Of a stretch of 64,000 nt of DNA, positions 1 to 14,330 are shown in pieces. The DNA lies in contig MU053881.1 in the NCBI GenBank assembly GCA_013239625.1, positions 7,091,957-7,155,956 on the forward strand. Reading direction: 5' to 3'. The translations under genes and the position numbers were made by a program. Source of the stretch: Lama guanicoe (Eukaryota). Each line of letters starts with the position of its first letter. Positions within the stretch are counted from its first letter, which is position 1. The notes under the pieces were generated by a model. That model saw nothing but the letters and a program-made list of their open reading frames with translations. It did not search any database and was not told where the DNA came from.

Positions 1-1299
1 TTATCCAACATCACCTAACTCCTTGCTTTGGGTCTCTGACCTCCCTCCCCCAGCTCAGGGCTTCTTGTAAAGGTTACATATTCTTGGGGCCGAGAACAAG
101 GAAATACCCCCCACCTCCAGCAGAACTTACACTTGAATCCCATCAGAAAACACCTCTCTGTACAAACAGTCCTGTAGTCATGACAGTTCATGAAAGAAAC
201 AAGAAGGGCAAGACACAATTTCTATAACACAAAAGCAACTGCTTATGGGTTTTGCCTATTAATTGAGTGACTGCTTGATGGATTCACTTCATTAATAACT
301 ATTCTTGAGCGTCAGTTATGTGCCAGGGACTATGCTTTGCACTCAGAGGTGTGGCAGGGAACAAAGCAGGCAAAAATCTGTCTTCCTGGAGCTCACAGTC
401 TAGAGGAGCTTATATCCTAATGTCACTAGATTTAAAATTCTAGATATTAAAAATAAACACACAGGCAAATGATGTGATCTGTTAGGAGGTTATCGGTGCT
501 TTGAGGAGAAATACCGTGGTGGTGGCGGTGGGGGATGGGAACTGCAGGGAGTGCAGGCAGGGATCCCCTCAGTTTGCCTACAGTCCCGTGGGGACAGCGG
601 AAGGAGCAGGGGCACCTTACTGAGCATCACCAGAGGACAGGACACAGCCAGGGCCAATGGGTAGCGACCACAGATTAGCAGGAAGTTTCTGTTCCTCATT
701 TCAAAAATGGGATCCATAATACTGTGTAATTCACAGGGCTTTGCGGGATTAAATAAGATAATGCCATCAAGCCCTTGACACAGCGTCTGGGACACTTGTC
801 AAAGCCTATTGTGCACTGATGTGTCCCATGAATAAGGGCATGAATGGTTTCTTCCTCTCCAAGGCACTACTTACTGGGGTGGGCTGGGGACACAATGAGG
901 AAAACGGAGAGAGTGAGTCCATCCGGGTGTCTGATACGGGAGGTTAAAGTCAAACCTCGCCTCTTTTATTAAACTTGAACAACCCACTGACTCTGTACCT
1001 CGGCTCCTTCATCTGTAAGATGGGAAAATAAGAACATCTACCTTGCCGCGTTGTTGAGGGGTTTAAATGAGGTCATGCATAAGAACAGTTTAGCACATGC
1101 TCAGTAATGTCTGTTGATGTCATCATCATCATTAGGATATTTCCCCTCAGGTCTAGGCCACCTCTGTGAAAAGGAGATTGGAGGACCACCGTGCTGCTGG
1201 GGGGCCTTCAGGGCGGGAGAGGGCAGTCTCAATGCTGATCATCAAAGATGTCTGTCAGACCATGTCCCTCCTCTGCTCGTGGCTCCAGTTCACCTAGTG

Positions 1300-1735
1300 G
1301 AAAAGCCCAAGCCTGTCTGGTGCCTGCAGAGTCCTCCCTGATCTGCTGTCAGACAACTGCCACTCCCCCCTCACTCGTTCTGATTCAGCCACAAGCATGT
1401 TTTGTCCCAGGGCCTTTGCACCTGCTGTTCCCTCTGCTAGAACACCCTTCTCTTCAATGTCTGCATGGACCACCCCCCTCACTTTCTCTAGGTCTTTGCT
1501 CAAAAGCCATTTAGCTGGGAGGCTTTCTCTGACCACTTTGCTTAAAATAACCCCTCCTTCATCACCTTTCTCTTTCATTTTTCTCCACAGTGGTTCTCTC
1601 CACCTGGCATAATATATATTTATTTTGACTTTTTAGTATGTCTTCTCCACTAGAATATAAGCTTCATCGCAAAATCTCCAGGTGCTTGGCATGTGTTAGA
1701 AACTCATTAAACACTGGTTGACTGAGTAAGTGAAT
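1300..1735 (+). mobile_element. L2 LINE 3' fragment
   Basis: gggcctttgcacctgctgttccctctgc...ggttgactgagtaagtgaataa resembles L2 3' end. Confidence 0.7.
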
Positions 1736-2264
1736 AAGGTATCTTGAATATGTCCCTGCTTCTCAGGTTTCCTCACAATCACCCTGGCTTTCCCTTTGCA
1801 TCCTGGGAACTGCAAGACCCTTAGCTGTTTGAGACCCTGAAGTGTGTTGAGAAGCAAAATACACACTATCTGCACAAGAGTTCAAACATTTGTGTACTAG
1901 CCAGAGCTTTGCCTCTGTGTGATTTCCCTTCCCTAGCCTCAGTTTATCCAACTATCAAATGGGTTCATAGTAAGATTCTGCAGAGGGGCCTCAAAGGGCT
2001 GCTGGGTTGGGAGGATATAAGAGGGTGATTGTGTCAATGGAATTCCAGACCCTCTGCCTCCCCTTCTGCATCCAAACACAAAAGAGCCCCATCCATCAGC
2101 TTTATTACTGGGTTCTATGGTACCTTTCATTTGCAGAGAAAAAAAATGTTATCTGATGCTGAAAAAAAAATATGAAAGCAGGTAAACTGGATGCTGCCTC
2201 AGGTCCCTTCCTGCATTGGAATTCCTGAACTCCCACAGTGGCTTTGAACAAAAGCGTGTCCCTA

Positions 2265-2450
<186 letters not shown>

Positions 2451-3192
2451 TTATGAAACCTGGCTATCAGAGTCTGGCGGGAACCCAGCCAGGCCCCCAG
2501 GCCTCCTATCTGCCCGGAATCAGAATAAATACTACAAGACCCAGAAACACACTCCCACCTTATCGTTAAGAATTCTTTCTCAAAGTGAAATTTAAGTTTT
2601 CCCTGGATTTAGGTCCAGTAAGTTTTAACCTGGTCTCTGAACAGGCAGAATTTTTAGGCAATATTGAATGCATCCACCTGCATTCTCTGGGGGCAGGAGG
2701 GGTCCACAGTGTTCGTTAGATTCTTAAAGGGGCAGTGAGTCCCCAGATATGAAGAATCACCGTCTAGGGCAAGGAGCTGAGAGAGACTTGGAGCCACCTC
2801 CTCGTGCCAGCCTTGGCCTTTGGGAATAGAAGACAGGTCCTGGCTGGGAAACACACAGGGGACACAGGGGACTGGAAGCCTTGTGGCTTCTTCTTTCCTG
2901 CAAGGTTTGACTTCATCAACGCCCCTGCTTAGCCTGAGGGGCCCTACCTTCTGGAAATGCCTGAATGCCCTGTGGTTGAAAAGTGCATCTCACCCCAGGC
3001 CCGGGTTGGGCTACATCTTGAGAGTGGAGAGGCTCCAGAAATGAGATAACAAACACAGCGGAAGAGACGGGAGAACAGGTGTCACTGGACCGATGGGAAG
3101 CAGCATTCCTCCCTTTGACTTTGCAGCAGATGCCCTCCCCTTCTGATCCTGGCAGTGCACGCACTGGTAGAGGAGGCCCAGGGGAGTGATCA

Positions 3193-3423
<231 letters not shown>

Positions 3424-4570
3424 TTAAAATCAGGCTTCCCTTGCAAGATGATTTAGAGGCCGGCCAGCCTTACGCCCTCGTGTGAACATAGCACCCCACA
3501 GAGTACTGAAAAAGTTGGAAGTCTGCCATCAGTGCACCTAGTGGTGCCTGGATCATTGCTTCTTGTGATCTCAGTGAAGGATCGAGATACATCTAAGGTC
3601 CCAGCCTAACGTCCCGGGGGATCTTCCAAGGATTCTTTAGGGGTCCCAGCCACCCCTTAAGTCACTCTTCCTTAATCTCTAAGGGGGGGTTCCTCAGGGT
3701 CAGCAGGGAACGGTGCTAGCTGTGCGGTTGTTATGCCCTGCCCAAGGGTGCCTGGACCAGAGGGCGACGGAAGGCTGAGATCCAAGCTGAGCTACGTCTG
3801 CTCAGCCTCCTGCACTAGTGCGAGGCAGCCTCTCCCTGAAGGATCAGGCCATGCTTCTCACAAAGAAGCACCTGCTTCTGACAGGTCCTTCCAGAGGAGA
3901 GGCCTTTTCCTAAGGCATGCACGGTGCTAAACTGGGCACCTAGACCCGAGGGGGGTGAGCCGGACAGCTTGGAGCGGGGAAGCCTGGCGCCTTGCAGATC
4001 CCAAGGACCCCCTGCTTCGTTGCCTCATCACCGACCTTGCGGGCTGGTATTAAACAGATCAACACCTGCCTTCATGCCGCTCCCTCTAATGCCCCCCACT
4101 TTTGAAAATCATTATCTGAACAGATCCACTGTCAACACACAGCCCTGTCAAATGCCAAAAAGATGCCCCTTGGAGAACGTGCTCAGCATGAGCACCATCC
4201 CCCGTCCTCCACCCTCCCCATCACCTGTCCGCCCACCCCCTTTGGCTGTGAATTCCTTAGAGTCACTCTGGGATCAGTCTGAGTGACAGGCTCTCCATGT
4301 CCAGTTCAGCGAATCTCACTGCTGCTTCCTGAGGACTCGCTGTGCCGCAAGGTGAGCCTCGTTCCTCTCTGCCGTCTCTGGTGTCAGCCTTTTAGGGCAG
4401 AGTCCAGAGGGCTGACGGGGTGATGCTTCTCCCAAGAGGAAAGGGAGAGCAGGCTGGCTTGGATAGAGAAGAAACTAGAAGGCACCAGGGCCTGTCCTGC
4501 CACCCGCTCAGCTTGGTGGGCCCATGGGAATCTTCCTCCCCACCCTCCTTCCCCTGGGCTGGGCGTCTTA

Positions 4571-4834
<264 letters not shown>

Positions 4835-5169
4835 TCATTTTGCAACCCCAACCCAGGGCGCAGCCCCTGCTAACAGTGGGTTAGTAGTCCTTAAGCCTCA
4901 TTATCATTGCTATGTTATCATTAACATGAATGACACCCAGTGCATTTATAGCTCTCAGTCATCTGCAGAACACGTCTCCCCACGGTCTCCTTTCATCTCT
5001 CCGGTTCCACTGAGCAGCGTTATTGAATCAAACAAGGACATCAAGGTCAAATCAAGGTCAAAGAAGCTGGACAACCTGTTGAAGGTCACACAGTTTGTGA
5101 GCACAGAGCAAGGGTCTGTATTTGGGTCTTTCTACCCTAAACTCAGGGTTCTTTGACTCTAGACTTCTA

Positions 5170-5323
5170 TTCAATATGGCCCTCTAACCCAGCAGCATTA
5201 GCATCACTTGGGAGCTTGTTAGAAATGGTGACTCTCAGGCCCTACCTCAGACACACTGAATCGGAGTCTGTGTCTGTGTGAGGTCCTCAGGTGATTCATA
5301 TGTATGTTCCAGTTTGAGAAGCA
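5170..5323. mobile_element. MER5A-like hAT-Charlie MITE
   Basis: cagcagcattagcatcacttgggagcttgttagaaatg...agtttgagaagc. Confidence 0.8.
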
Positions 5324-6344
5324 TGCAGACACCTGCCATTTTGCACTCTGACTCTGAAAGTTCGGGAGTAACTGCCTGGGGCAGGAATGGCAGGCCATAT
5401 CCAGGCTCAGTGGGAAGGAGTTCTGTGATCAGTTAGTGATGCCTTCTGTGGGCACAGGATATAGGAGAGGCACCGCATGTGCCAGGTTTTTGTTATGCCC
5501 ATTTTAAGTCAGTAATATAGCAAACCAAATAAAAAAGGCCAGTCATCACCTGAACCTTACTTCCCTTTCCCTACCTCCCATGGCTTCTCTACCCATCTAT
5601 CTTCTTCAGATATCCAAGTTCTCCCATCTCTCTGCTCTACCCGATGACCACCACAACTCCAAAAACTCTTCTCCTGGGCCTGATGTTTCTGCCAATGGAA
5701 GAATCACAAAGTCCTCTCATTGGCATTCAAATATGCCAGTATTTGAATATGAAGTATTCAAATATTCCAATAGGATCCTAACCCATTTCCCACCATTATC
5801 TCTGCAAAGCCAGCAGATTCTACTGTTCCCTTTGCTTGGAATACTTCCCCACATCACCACCACAGCTCCATGAACGTTCAATCTACCATCAGTCAGGTGT
5901 CCTTTCCCTTCATGACTCTGTACTTAGGACTCTCCTCTCTCCAGCAACCTGTCTCCTCCCGACTGTCCCCTCCCCAGCGGACTGTGAGCTTTCTGATGGC
6001 AGAGGCTAGGATTCTTTCACACGTAAGAAATTGCCAAATGTAATTCCAAGTTAAATCCAATCCCCCTCCCCCAAGAAACTCAATTCACATTAATATGGTG
6101 GAGATTTAATTGTTAGACATTGAAGACTTTTTCCACATCCAATGAGAGTCCCTCACAGAGAAAGAGACAGAAACAGAGACAGAAAGAGAGAGAGATGAGA
6201 GGGTGAGAGTGAGCAGGGCTTAACACAAATGAATAAACCCCAGGGGAGGGATTTCCACAATATTCAGGAAGGCTAATTTCCTTCTCACGTCGTATTGTGA
6301 ACCACCTTCTCTGGGAAGGAAGTCACTCTGGGTTAAGTCTAGGA

Positions 6345-6664
6345 CAGGAGCTGGCAAACTATGACCCTTGGGTCAAATCCAGCTCACTGCCTGTTCTTGT
6401 ATGATTCACAGCTAAGAACAGTTTTTGTATCTTTAAAAATTGGAAAAAAGAGTATTATGTGACATATGAAAATGATATGAAATTCAAATGTCAGTGTTCA
6501 CAAATGAAGTTCTATCGGGGCACAGCCACACGTGTCCATTCAGGCATTACCCACGGCCGCTCTCCCACCACAGCAGACTGGAGTAGCTGCGACAGACTTA
6601 CAAAGCCCGTGAGGACTAAAATACTTCCTGTCTGGTCCTTTACAGAGAAGTTTGCCAATCCCTG
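6345..6664. mobile_element. MER58B-like hAT-Charlie MITE
   Basis: TIR-like ends caggagctggcaaact ... agtttgccaatccctg. Confidence 0.8.
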
Positions 6665-6669
6665 ATTTT

Positions 6670-6741
6670 GGTTTCTTTTTCACTTTTTTTTTTAAGTTGA
6701 AGTATAGTCAGTTTACAACGTTATGTCTATTTCTGGTGTAC
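6670..6741 (-). mobile_element. Extremely 5'-truncated young L1 (3' tip plus tail) with target-site duplication
   Basis: T tract + gttgaagtatagtcagtttacaac...ttctggtgtac; TSD ccaatccctgatttt / cccatccctgtttt followed by aa. Confidence 0.8.
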
Positions 6742-7074
6742 CCATCCCTGTTTTAAAGAAGGTTCTAAGCCATGGGTACTGATCTTAGCAATTCACCTTT
6801 GTCCAAGAGGAGAGTCCAAACCTGTCTTGGGGAAGCCAGCGACATCAGAGCTCTCCGATCATGTCCAGTAGGATATGTGGCTTGACTCTCTCACCACGTG
6901 TTGAACCTATGCATGGAACTGTGGCCCCGAGGTCGGGGCAGAGGGGAGGACAGGGGACAGGGGACAACTTTGCTTTCAAATGTTTTCCTCTATTGGATAC
7001 CTTAGTGGGAAGACATGAGATCTGTCATCTTTCCAAACTGCTTGTCAGCTTTTCGACACATGAAGGCAAGAGAA

Positions 7075-7520
7075 CAGAGCGTTAAGAGCTCAGATTTTGG
7101 CAAAATTCAGACCTGAGTTCAAATCCTAGTTCCACCAATTCCTGGGACCTTGGGCAAGCCATTTACATTTTTTGAACCTGTTTTCTTATTTGTAAAATGC
7201 AGAGAGTTGTAATCCCCAACTCATACGATTATTATGAGGATAAAATGAAACTCAAAAAAATGCCCGGTACACACGATGAACAGTTAATGAAGAACATTCT
7301 GTCCATCAATCTTAAACAAAACGACAGTGTTATAGAAAGAATACAGACTTTCAGACAGATGGATCTTGGAGTTCAAATCTCAACTCCATCACTAACTAGC
7401 TTTGTAACCTTAGACAAACTGCTTTACCTCTTTGCCCCATATTCCTTCTCTATGAAATAGGGTAAATTAATGCCCATCTTAGAGGGTTTTATGAGGATTA
7501 AAGAAATAATAGTTATAAAA
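7075..7520 (+). mobile_element. Two adjacent MIR SINE copies (representative of many MIRs across the window)
   Basis: gagttcaaatcctagttcc..., ggagttcaaatctcaactcc..., MIR core tttgtaaaatg / tctatgaaataggg. Confidence 0.75.
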
Positions 7521-8439
7521 CACCCAGTCTAGTGTGGCATGAAGAGGACCTTTAGCAAGTATCAGCCCTTCCTCTTTCCCTTCCCACCTGGTTCCTGGCG
7601 CTGAAGCAAGACTGCGTATGATGACACGGCCAGGAGCATACGTGCCCTCCTCCCACAGCAAGCCAAAAGGCCACGGAGCTGTTCAACACCAGGACGTCTA
7701 CTTAGAAGGGCCTCAGTGCTAATCCCGTGTCTCGCCTGGAACCAAACTCACATTTGTAACCAGCCAGCCCCGCCACCGGTTGCATTTCCTCCTGCAAATA
7801 ACCCTGGCAGAGCAGGCACAAAGGGCCAGCGAGCATAATGAAAAGGTTACTGGTGAATATTTATCGCCCGAGGGGAACATATTTGGATTAAGGTCCGTTA
7901 GACTTAGCGGACCAGGCATGCAACTTGTTGGCCCCACTTTGAAGGCTGTGTCTTAATTTGTGCTACAGGACGCAGTACGGGAGCCAGGCTGGGCTACCGC
8001 GGCCCCTCCCGCTCGCCCAGCTGTCCGCCTCATCCTTGGGTTTGTACGCCCCCTGCCACCTGAGCCCTGCCCCTGCCCAGCGGCGTCGGCTCCCGGCCTT
8101 ATGAACATCATGCTTTGCTGCACTGGAGGCAGATTACAGCATATCCTGTCCAGTCTCACCAGCCACATCCACGTCACCTCAGCCGTCAGTGTGCTCCAGC
8201 GAGCTGGCTCCCCTGCCTCCTCCCTCCCTCCTTCCTTGCTCTGTTTGTCTCTCTCTCTTCTCTTTCTTTCCCCTTCTCTCTCGTTTTCTTTCTCTCTGCG
8301 TTAACCAGCCAAATATCTTCTGAGAGTTGGCTCTGGGGATTACTGCGATGAGCAAGGCAGCACGGGGCTCTGCCCTCCCAGGAGCTTCCAGTCTAGCCTG
8401 CGCGTACCTTTAAAAGCTCAAGAGGTGAGGACGGGTTGT

Positions 8440-9130
8440 GATCAATTCTCTAAAGAAAACGAACAGGGTTTGAGATACCAGAGTCCTGAAGACTTCAGAT
8501 AAGGTGACCAGGGCAGGCTTCTTCTGGGAGGTGACACTGAGTTAGGACCTGACAGGTGAGAAAGGAGCTGGCGGAAAGGCATTCCAAGCAGAGGGAACAG
8601 AAAATGCGCAGGCCCAGAGGTGGGAACAAGCCGGACATATTTAAGGCTCAGAAACAAGGCCCATGTAGCCAGTGGGGCATGAGAAAGCAAAAGGAGAGTC
8701 GAGGGCAATGACATTGGACATGCAGACAGAGGTCAGATGACAGCCTTGCAGGCCTTGTTCAGGAGTTCTGATTTTATTATAAGAGCACTGTGGCACCATT
8801 TCAGTTCTTGGAACCTCAGGGCCTTTGCACAGGATGGTCCTTCCCTCTGTCTGGGACATCCTTCCCACCTCCCACTAACCTTTGACTGATTACTCACCTT
8901 AAACATCACCTTCCCCAGGACACCTTCCGTGCCCTCCCAATCACAGTGCCCTGCAGGGCACTGATCACATTTCTATCAATGTACATTTAATGATGCAATT
9001 AGTTGTTTAATGTCCTTTACTTGCTAGACTAGAAGCTCCCTGCAGGTAGGACCTCTTTGCGAGTGGAATCCCTTGCACAAAGCTTGGCAGTCAGGGCTTG
9101 ACAGTACTCACTACAAGATTGAAGGAATGA
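8440..9130. mobile_element. Two L2 fragments in opposite orientation
   Basis: ggaggtgacactgagttaggacctga (minus) then gggcctttgcac...gactagaagctccctgcaggtagg (plus). Confidence 0.65.
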
Positions 9131-9247
9131 GGGAGGGAGTGAATTTTTCAATGAATGCACCATTAAGAGTTGGGTTCTTTTTGGATCCCGCAGTGGACAC
9201 TAAAACTGGCACCACTGGAATGGTTCTGGCAGCAGCTCTGAGCTCTA

Positions 9248-9685
<438 letters not shown>

Positions 9686-9932
9686 TCACGGATGCGGAGA
9701 ACTTATCTTTCAAACCATCATATGTACAGCTTCCAGAATAATTCCTTACTCAGCTCACACTGTGTCACACCCACTCTCCCATTTACAAGACCACAAAGTT
9801 TCCCTCCTGCCTTTAATGGGCCATGTGGGCTGAGCCTGTGGGATGGAAGAGATCAGCATCCGGGTCCTTCATCAGTGGCTCCATGGAAACACACTCTTTA
9901 TCCTTCCCGGACCACGTTAGCCTTTTCGACAG

Positions 9933-10131
9933 CAGTAGTTTTCAAACAGGGGGTGATTTTGCCTCCAAAGGGATGCTGGCAATGTCTGGAAACATTTTTG
10001 GCTGTCACAGCTCTGGGAAGGGGCGCTGCTGGAACCTAATGGGTGGAGGCCCAGGATGCTGCACAAGACAGCCCCACAGCCAAGAGTTACCTGGCCCAAA
10101 ATGTCCATAGAGCTGAAGGTGAGAAGCCCTG
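9933..10131. mobile_element. MER20 hAT-Charlie MITE
   Basis: cagtagttttcaaac...ggcaatgtctggaaacatttttggctgtcac...gagaagccctg. Confidence 0.85.
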
Positions 10132-10659
10132 TTCTAGACCATATCTGTGTCATCTAACGACCCCTAAATTCTTCTGTCCAGACCCACGCTGGCCACCACC
10201 TCCCTGTGTCAGTGCTTCCAAACCTGGCCCCTCATCACAGAAGCCTAGGAGACTTTCAGAAGTCCACATTCCCAGGCGTCACTCCAGACCTGCTGAAATA
10301 AAGTCAGGGGGAGTAGGGCCCAGGGGCGTAGACTTTCAACAAGTTCCCCCGGGGGTTCCGATGCAGGATCAGGTGTGGGAAGTCACCGCTGTTCCCTGGA
10401 GGAAACCCTCATATCTGCCTCTTCTGCAGCTCGTGGTGGTCACTCCGGTAAGCCCACCCTGATTTCCACGTGGGTTGGTACCAGTGAGGGGTTTATCTCC
10501 TTGACCATACTAAATACGGCGAGGATCAGATTTCCTGTTTCTTTTGTATCTCCCTGACCTCAGTCAGGATTGAACCACAGACTCACAGACCAGAAGGAAG
10601 CCTACAGCTGACCTAATCCAACGCTCTACAAAAGCAGACACGGTTCAGACACCATGCTC

Positions 10660-11412
10660 CAGGGTTCCCCGAGGGGCCCCTAGACTCCTGCAGGGCCTCA
10701 CAAGATCAAAACTCTTTTCATCGTGACAGTTAAGATGCTGTTTGCCTTTTTCACTCTCATTCTCTCACGAGAGTACAGCAGAGTTTTCCAGAGGCTGCGT
10801 GATGCAGAAACATTCAGAATCTAGCTGTCTTCTCTTAATATGGACATTAAAGGGATTTGCAGAAATATGAAACAAACTCACTTTCACACTATTTTTTATG
10901 GGAAAACAGAGCCATAAAGATGCAACACATGATGTGCTAATTAGTGTTATTATTATTGTTTAATAAACGGATACAGTTGACCCTCCATATCCTCAGGTTC
11001 TGAATCCATGGATTCAACCAACTGTGGGTCAAGAATATTTGAAAACACAAATTTCAGAAATCTCCAAAAATAAAAACTTGAGTTTGCTGCACTTCAGCCA
11101 CTACTTACATGGTATTTGCGTTGTATTAGGCCTTTTAAGTCATGCAAAACTGATTTAAAGTATTTGGGAGGTTGCATGCAACTACTATGCTATTTTATAT
11201 AAGGGACTTGAGTATCCTCAGAGTTTGGTACCTGCAGAGGGTCCTGGAACCAATTTCCGGTGGATACCAAGGGATGACCGCATTTAAACATTCCCTTAGT
11301 GTTAATTTTGAGTATCATAAATGTAGACAGATGAAGTCTACAAATACAGTTCTTCAGGGACCTTGATATTTTTTAAGAGAAAGGGGTCCTGAGACCAAAA
11401 GGTCTGAGAACG
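10660..11412. mobile_element. hAT-Charlie fragment interrupted by a nested Tigger element
   Basis: tttgcctttttcactctcattctctcacgagagtacag...; resumes after 11282 and ends ggggtcctgagaccaaaaggtctgagaac. Confidence 0.65.
10974..11280. mobile_element. MER2/Tigger3-like TcMar-Tigger element
   Basis: ta|cagttgaccctccatatcc ... ggataccaagggatgaccg|ca, TIRs with decayed TA TSD. Confidence 0.8.
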
Positions 11413-11632
11413 CGTAGCAGAGCTCCTCCCGCCTCTCTGAGCATCTCACTGCGGGGATGGGGCGCTCACTACCTCACACGGCAGCTCTGGTTGCTGTGCA
11501 TCTAGAGAAACACAGCAGGTGTTGAGGTGCTGATAGTGGAGGGGGATAGGGGAGCACATGGGGGTGGGGACGGTGCTCAGACAGAGGAGGGTGAGGAGGA
11601 GCGCACAGGGTCTGAGCACAAGCAGAGCCTCA

Positions 11633-11827
<195 letters not shown>

Positions 11828-13412
11828 TCACAGCTTATAACAACACAGATGTGGATTAAAGGCACATTCAGCTCCAAGAAGCCGCAGTTTAGACGTGATC
11901 ATTACAGCAGAACCCACGTGCCAAGTGCACACGTTTGCATGTTCGTGGAGACGTCTGAAACCACACCAGCAGCGAGCTGTACTTACGATATACCAGGTAT
12001 CCTGTTAATCACGCCACCTGCATTAGCACGTTTACTTGCACTGCCCTCGTAACAGTTCCACAGTACTGTATTTCCGTTTTGCAGATAAAGAAATGGTATC
12101 TCACGGTGCAGCCAGTGAGCACAGAACTGAACCCAGCCAGCTGTCCAGAGCCCGGACCACCGCCACTCCACTGCACCCGGTACGTTTGTGACGGTCTGTG
12201 GATGGAGGTGTCTCTGAATACAGATGTCTCCCTGTGTATGCACACCTCACATGTTTCTTCAGTTCTGAGAGGTGTGTATTTTTCATATGTTAACATCTTT
12301 GAAAACACTTTGTGTTTAACTTTATACCTGACGGCATCTTCCGATTGCTATTAAGTGGAGAGAAATCGCGATGGGGCACGTAAAACAGAATGGTATGGCT
12401 CCCAAGCGATGGCGTCTTAAATTCGACACAACGTGGAAGAGAAGTGCATGTGGTCCTGGTCGTGAGCCTGTGTGATGTGGTCTTGGTGCACAGATGTGCA
12501 CGCACATCTGCGTGTGCATGAACGTATGCTGGGCATGGGTGTGCGTGCATGAATGTGTGCTGTATGTGCGTGTGCAATGCACCTGTTTGGAAGGCATGTG
12601 TGCACTTCCACACCCAGAAACATCTATGTGGATAGAATCAAGCACGTATAGTGTTTCTTGGTGCAAGCAGTGTGTTCGCATCATATCTTGGAACACTACA
12701 CACCGTACCCATCCCCCCACCAAAAAAGCTTTATTTCTTCTTCCAACCTTCTGACTCTCATTTTATAGTTCCCTGGAAACAGCTGGACTGGCCTCTCGAA
12801 ATGGGCTGAGATGGGGCCCTGGGGTCCTGGTTCTCAGGCCACCAGGAAATATGTGTGTGGGGATAAGCCAAAATGTTCTGCCTTTTCCCTGTGGAGGCCA
12901 CCTCCCCGCCAAGGCCTGGCCTCTGCAGCAGAAGCAGGATGGGCTGGCTTCCCCTTACTTTCCACTTCCTCCACCAAATCACAAGCTTCGAGGAGCTAAT
13001 GGGGAATGGCCAGATGGGGAGCATTTTAATGTGATTTATCTGTTATCAGAAAGCACAGATTTTTGTTTTTATTTCATTGGCTTAGTGATTTGTAGGAATT
13101 TTACTGCGAATGTAGCAGTGTTTACTGGGTGTGCAGCATCAGCCCCAGCGCCAAGCAGGTACTTAACACTCCATCCGAGAAACTGTCACTGATGAGTTTT
13201 CCAGCAAGATCTCCCTTTGGAAATATTCCCTACTGGGAGGGAGGCACTCAGCACAGCCTTGCTCACCTGGGGCCCGACTTCCATTCCGTTCCCGGTGCCC
13301 TAATCCCATTTGGCCTCCTGCCCCTGCCACCCCTCTCTCCAGCCTCTCTGCTGAGCCGAGGCCCTGGGCACCCAGCCTCCAGGGCAGCCAGCTCCCCCCG
13401 AGGACGTCTTAC

Positions 13413-13502
13413 CAGGTTCTGGCTCAGCAGCTCGTAGTCAAAGATTTCCATCTCATACTGTTCCGCCAGCTCCTTGCACAGACTGATGGCCTCTTCCCAC
13501 AT
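13413..13502 (-). CDS. DOCK2: DOCK2 coding exon (~exon 39), 90 nt: [30 protein letters not shown]
   Basis: Peptide in ORF 13263..13502; acceptor tcgtag|ATG, donor CTG|gtaaga. Confidence 0.97.
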
Positions 13503-14184
13503 CTACGAGGAAGGTCATGGAGACAAAGGTTATGGCAACCTCCAGGCTTGTAGAAGGAAGGGACCAGGGAAACTCTGCTCCTGGGACTGAGCCACAAGCC
13601 TCACTCTGGCCCAGACCTGGCCCCACACCCAGGAAGCCGGGCGCCTCCCAGGAAGCCGACCTTTCCTCTGCCACTCATCCTAGTTTCATGACAAATAATG
13701 GAACACGTGCAGATGAGGCTAAATACCTTATTTATGTGCTCTCTGGATCTTCACAACCATTCTGAGAGGTGAATAATAGTATCTGCACTTCCCAGGTAAG
13801 AAATGGACCTTAGATGGCAACACATGTGGCCCAGGTCGGATGCCCAACCCACAGCAGGGCCAGGATGCACACCCGAATGCGGCTCTCCACCTTGCACTTA
13901 CTTCCCTCCCTCAGGAGAGCTTAGTAAACTAACATGTGTCTCCCTGCGCGCAGGTCGGGCAGGGAGGTGTTAGCCCCATTTTCCAAAGAGAAACGGTCCA
14001 CAAAGGAGTAAGCAGGCGGCCGGAGGTCAGAAAATTTCTAGACACAGAGTTGGGGCCAGATCCAGCTTTCCTAATGTTTGCTCCTGGGATCTTTCCACTC
14101 TGTCAATCCTGTCACTTTCTTTTTCCTTTTGGGCAAATGTCTTCCCTCCCTCCCTTCCTCTCTTTCTCTCACTTTAGAAAAAAA

Positions 14185-14330
14185 TCGTGGTAAGAACATT
14201 TAACCTACGATCTGTCCTCTTCACAGATTTTTAAATGCACAATGCATAATTGCTAACTCCAGGCCCAATGTCGTACAGCAGACCTCTAGGATTTATTCAT
14301 CTTACTTAAATGAAACTTTATACCTATCAA
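14185..14330 (-). mobile_element. L1M 3' end fragment
   Basis: gtggtaagaacatttaac...gtacagcagacctctaggatttattcatct...gaaactttatacc. Confidence 0.7.

Noticed and set aside
3530..3547. CTCF-like motif (gcacctagtgg); similar one at ~47027 in MER20
   Set aside because: Core mismatches; not supportable without ChIP or PWM scoring
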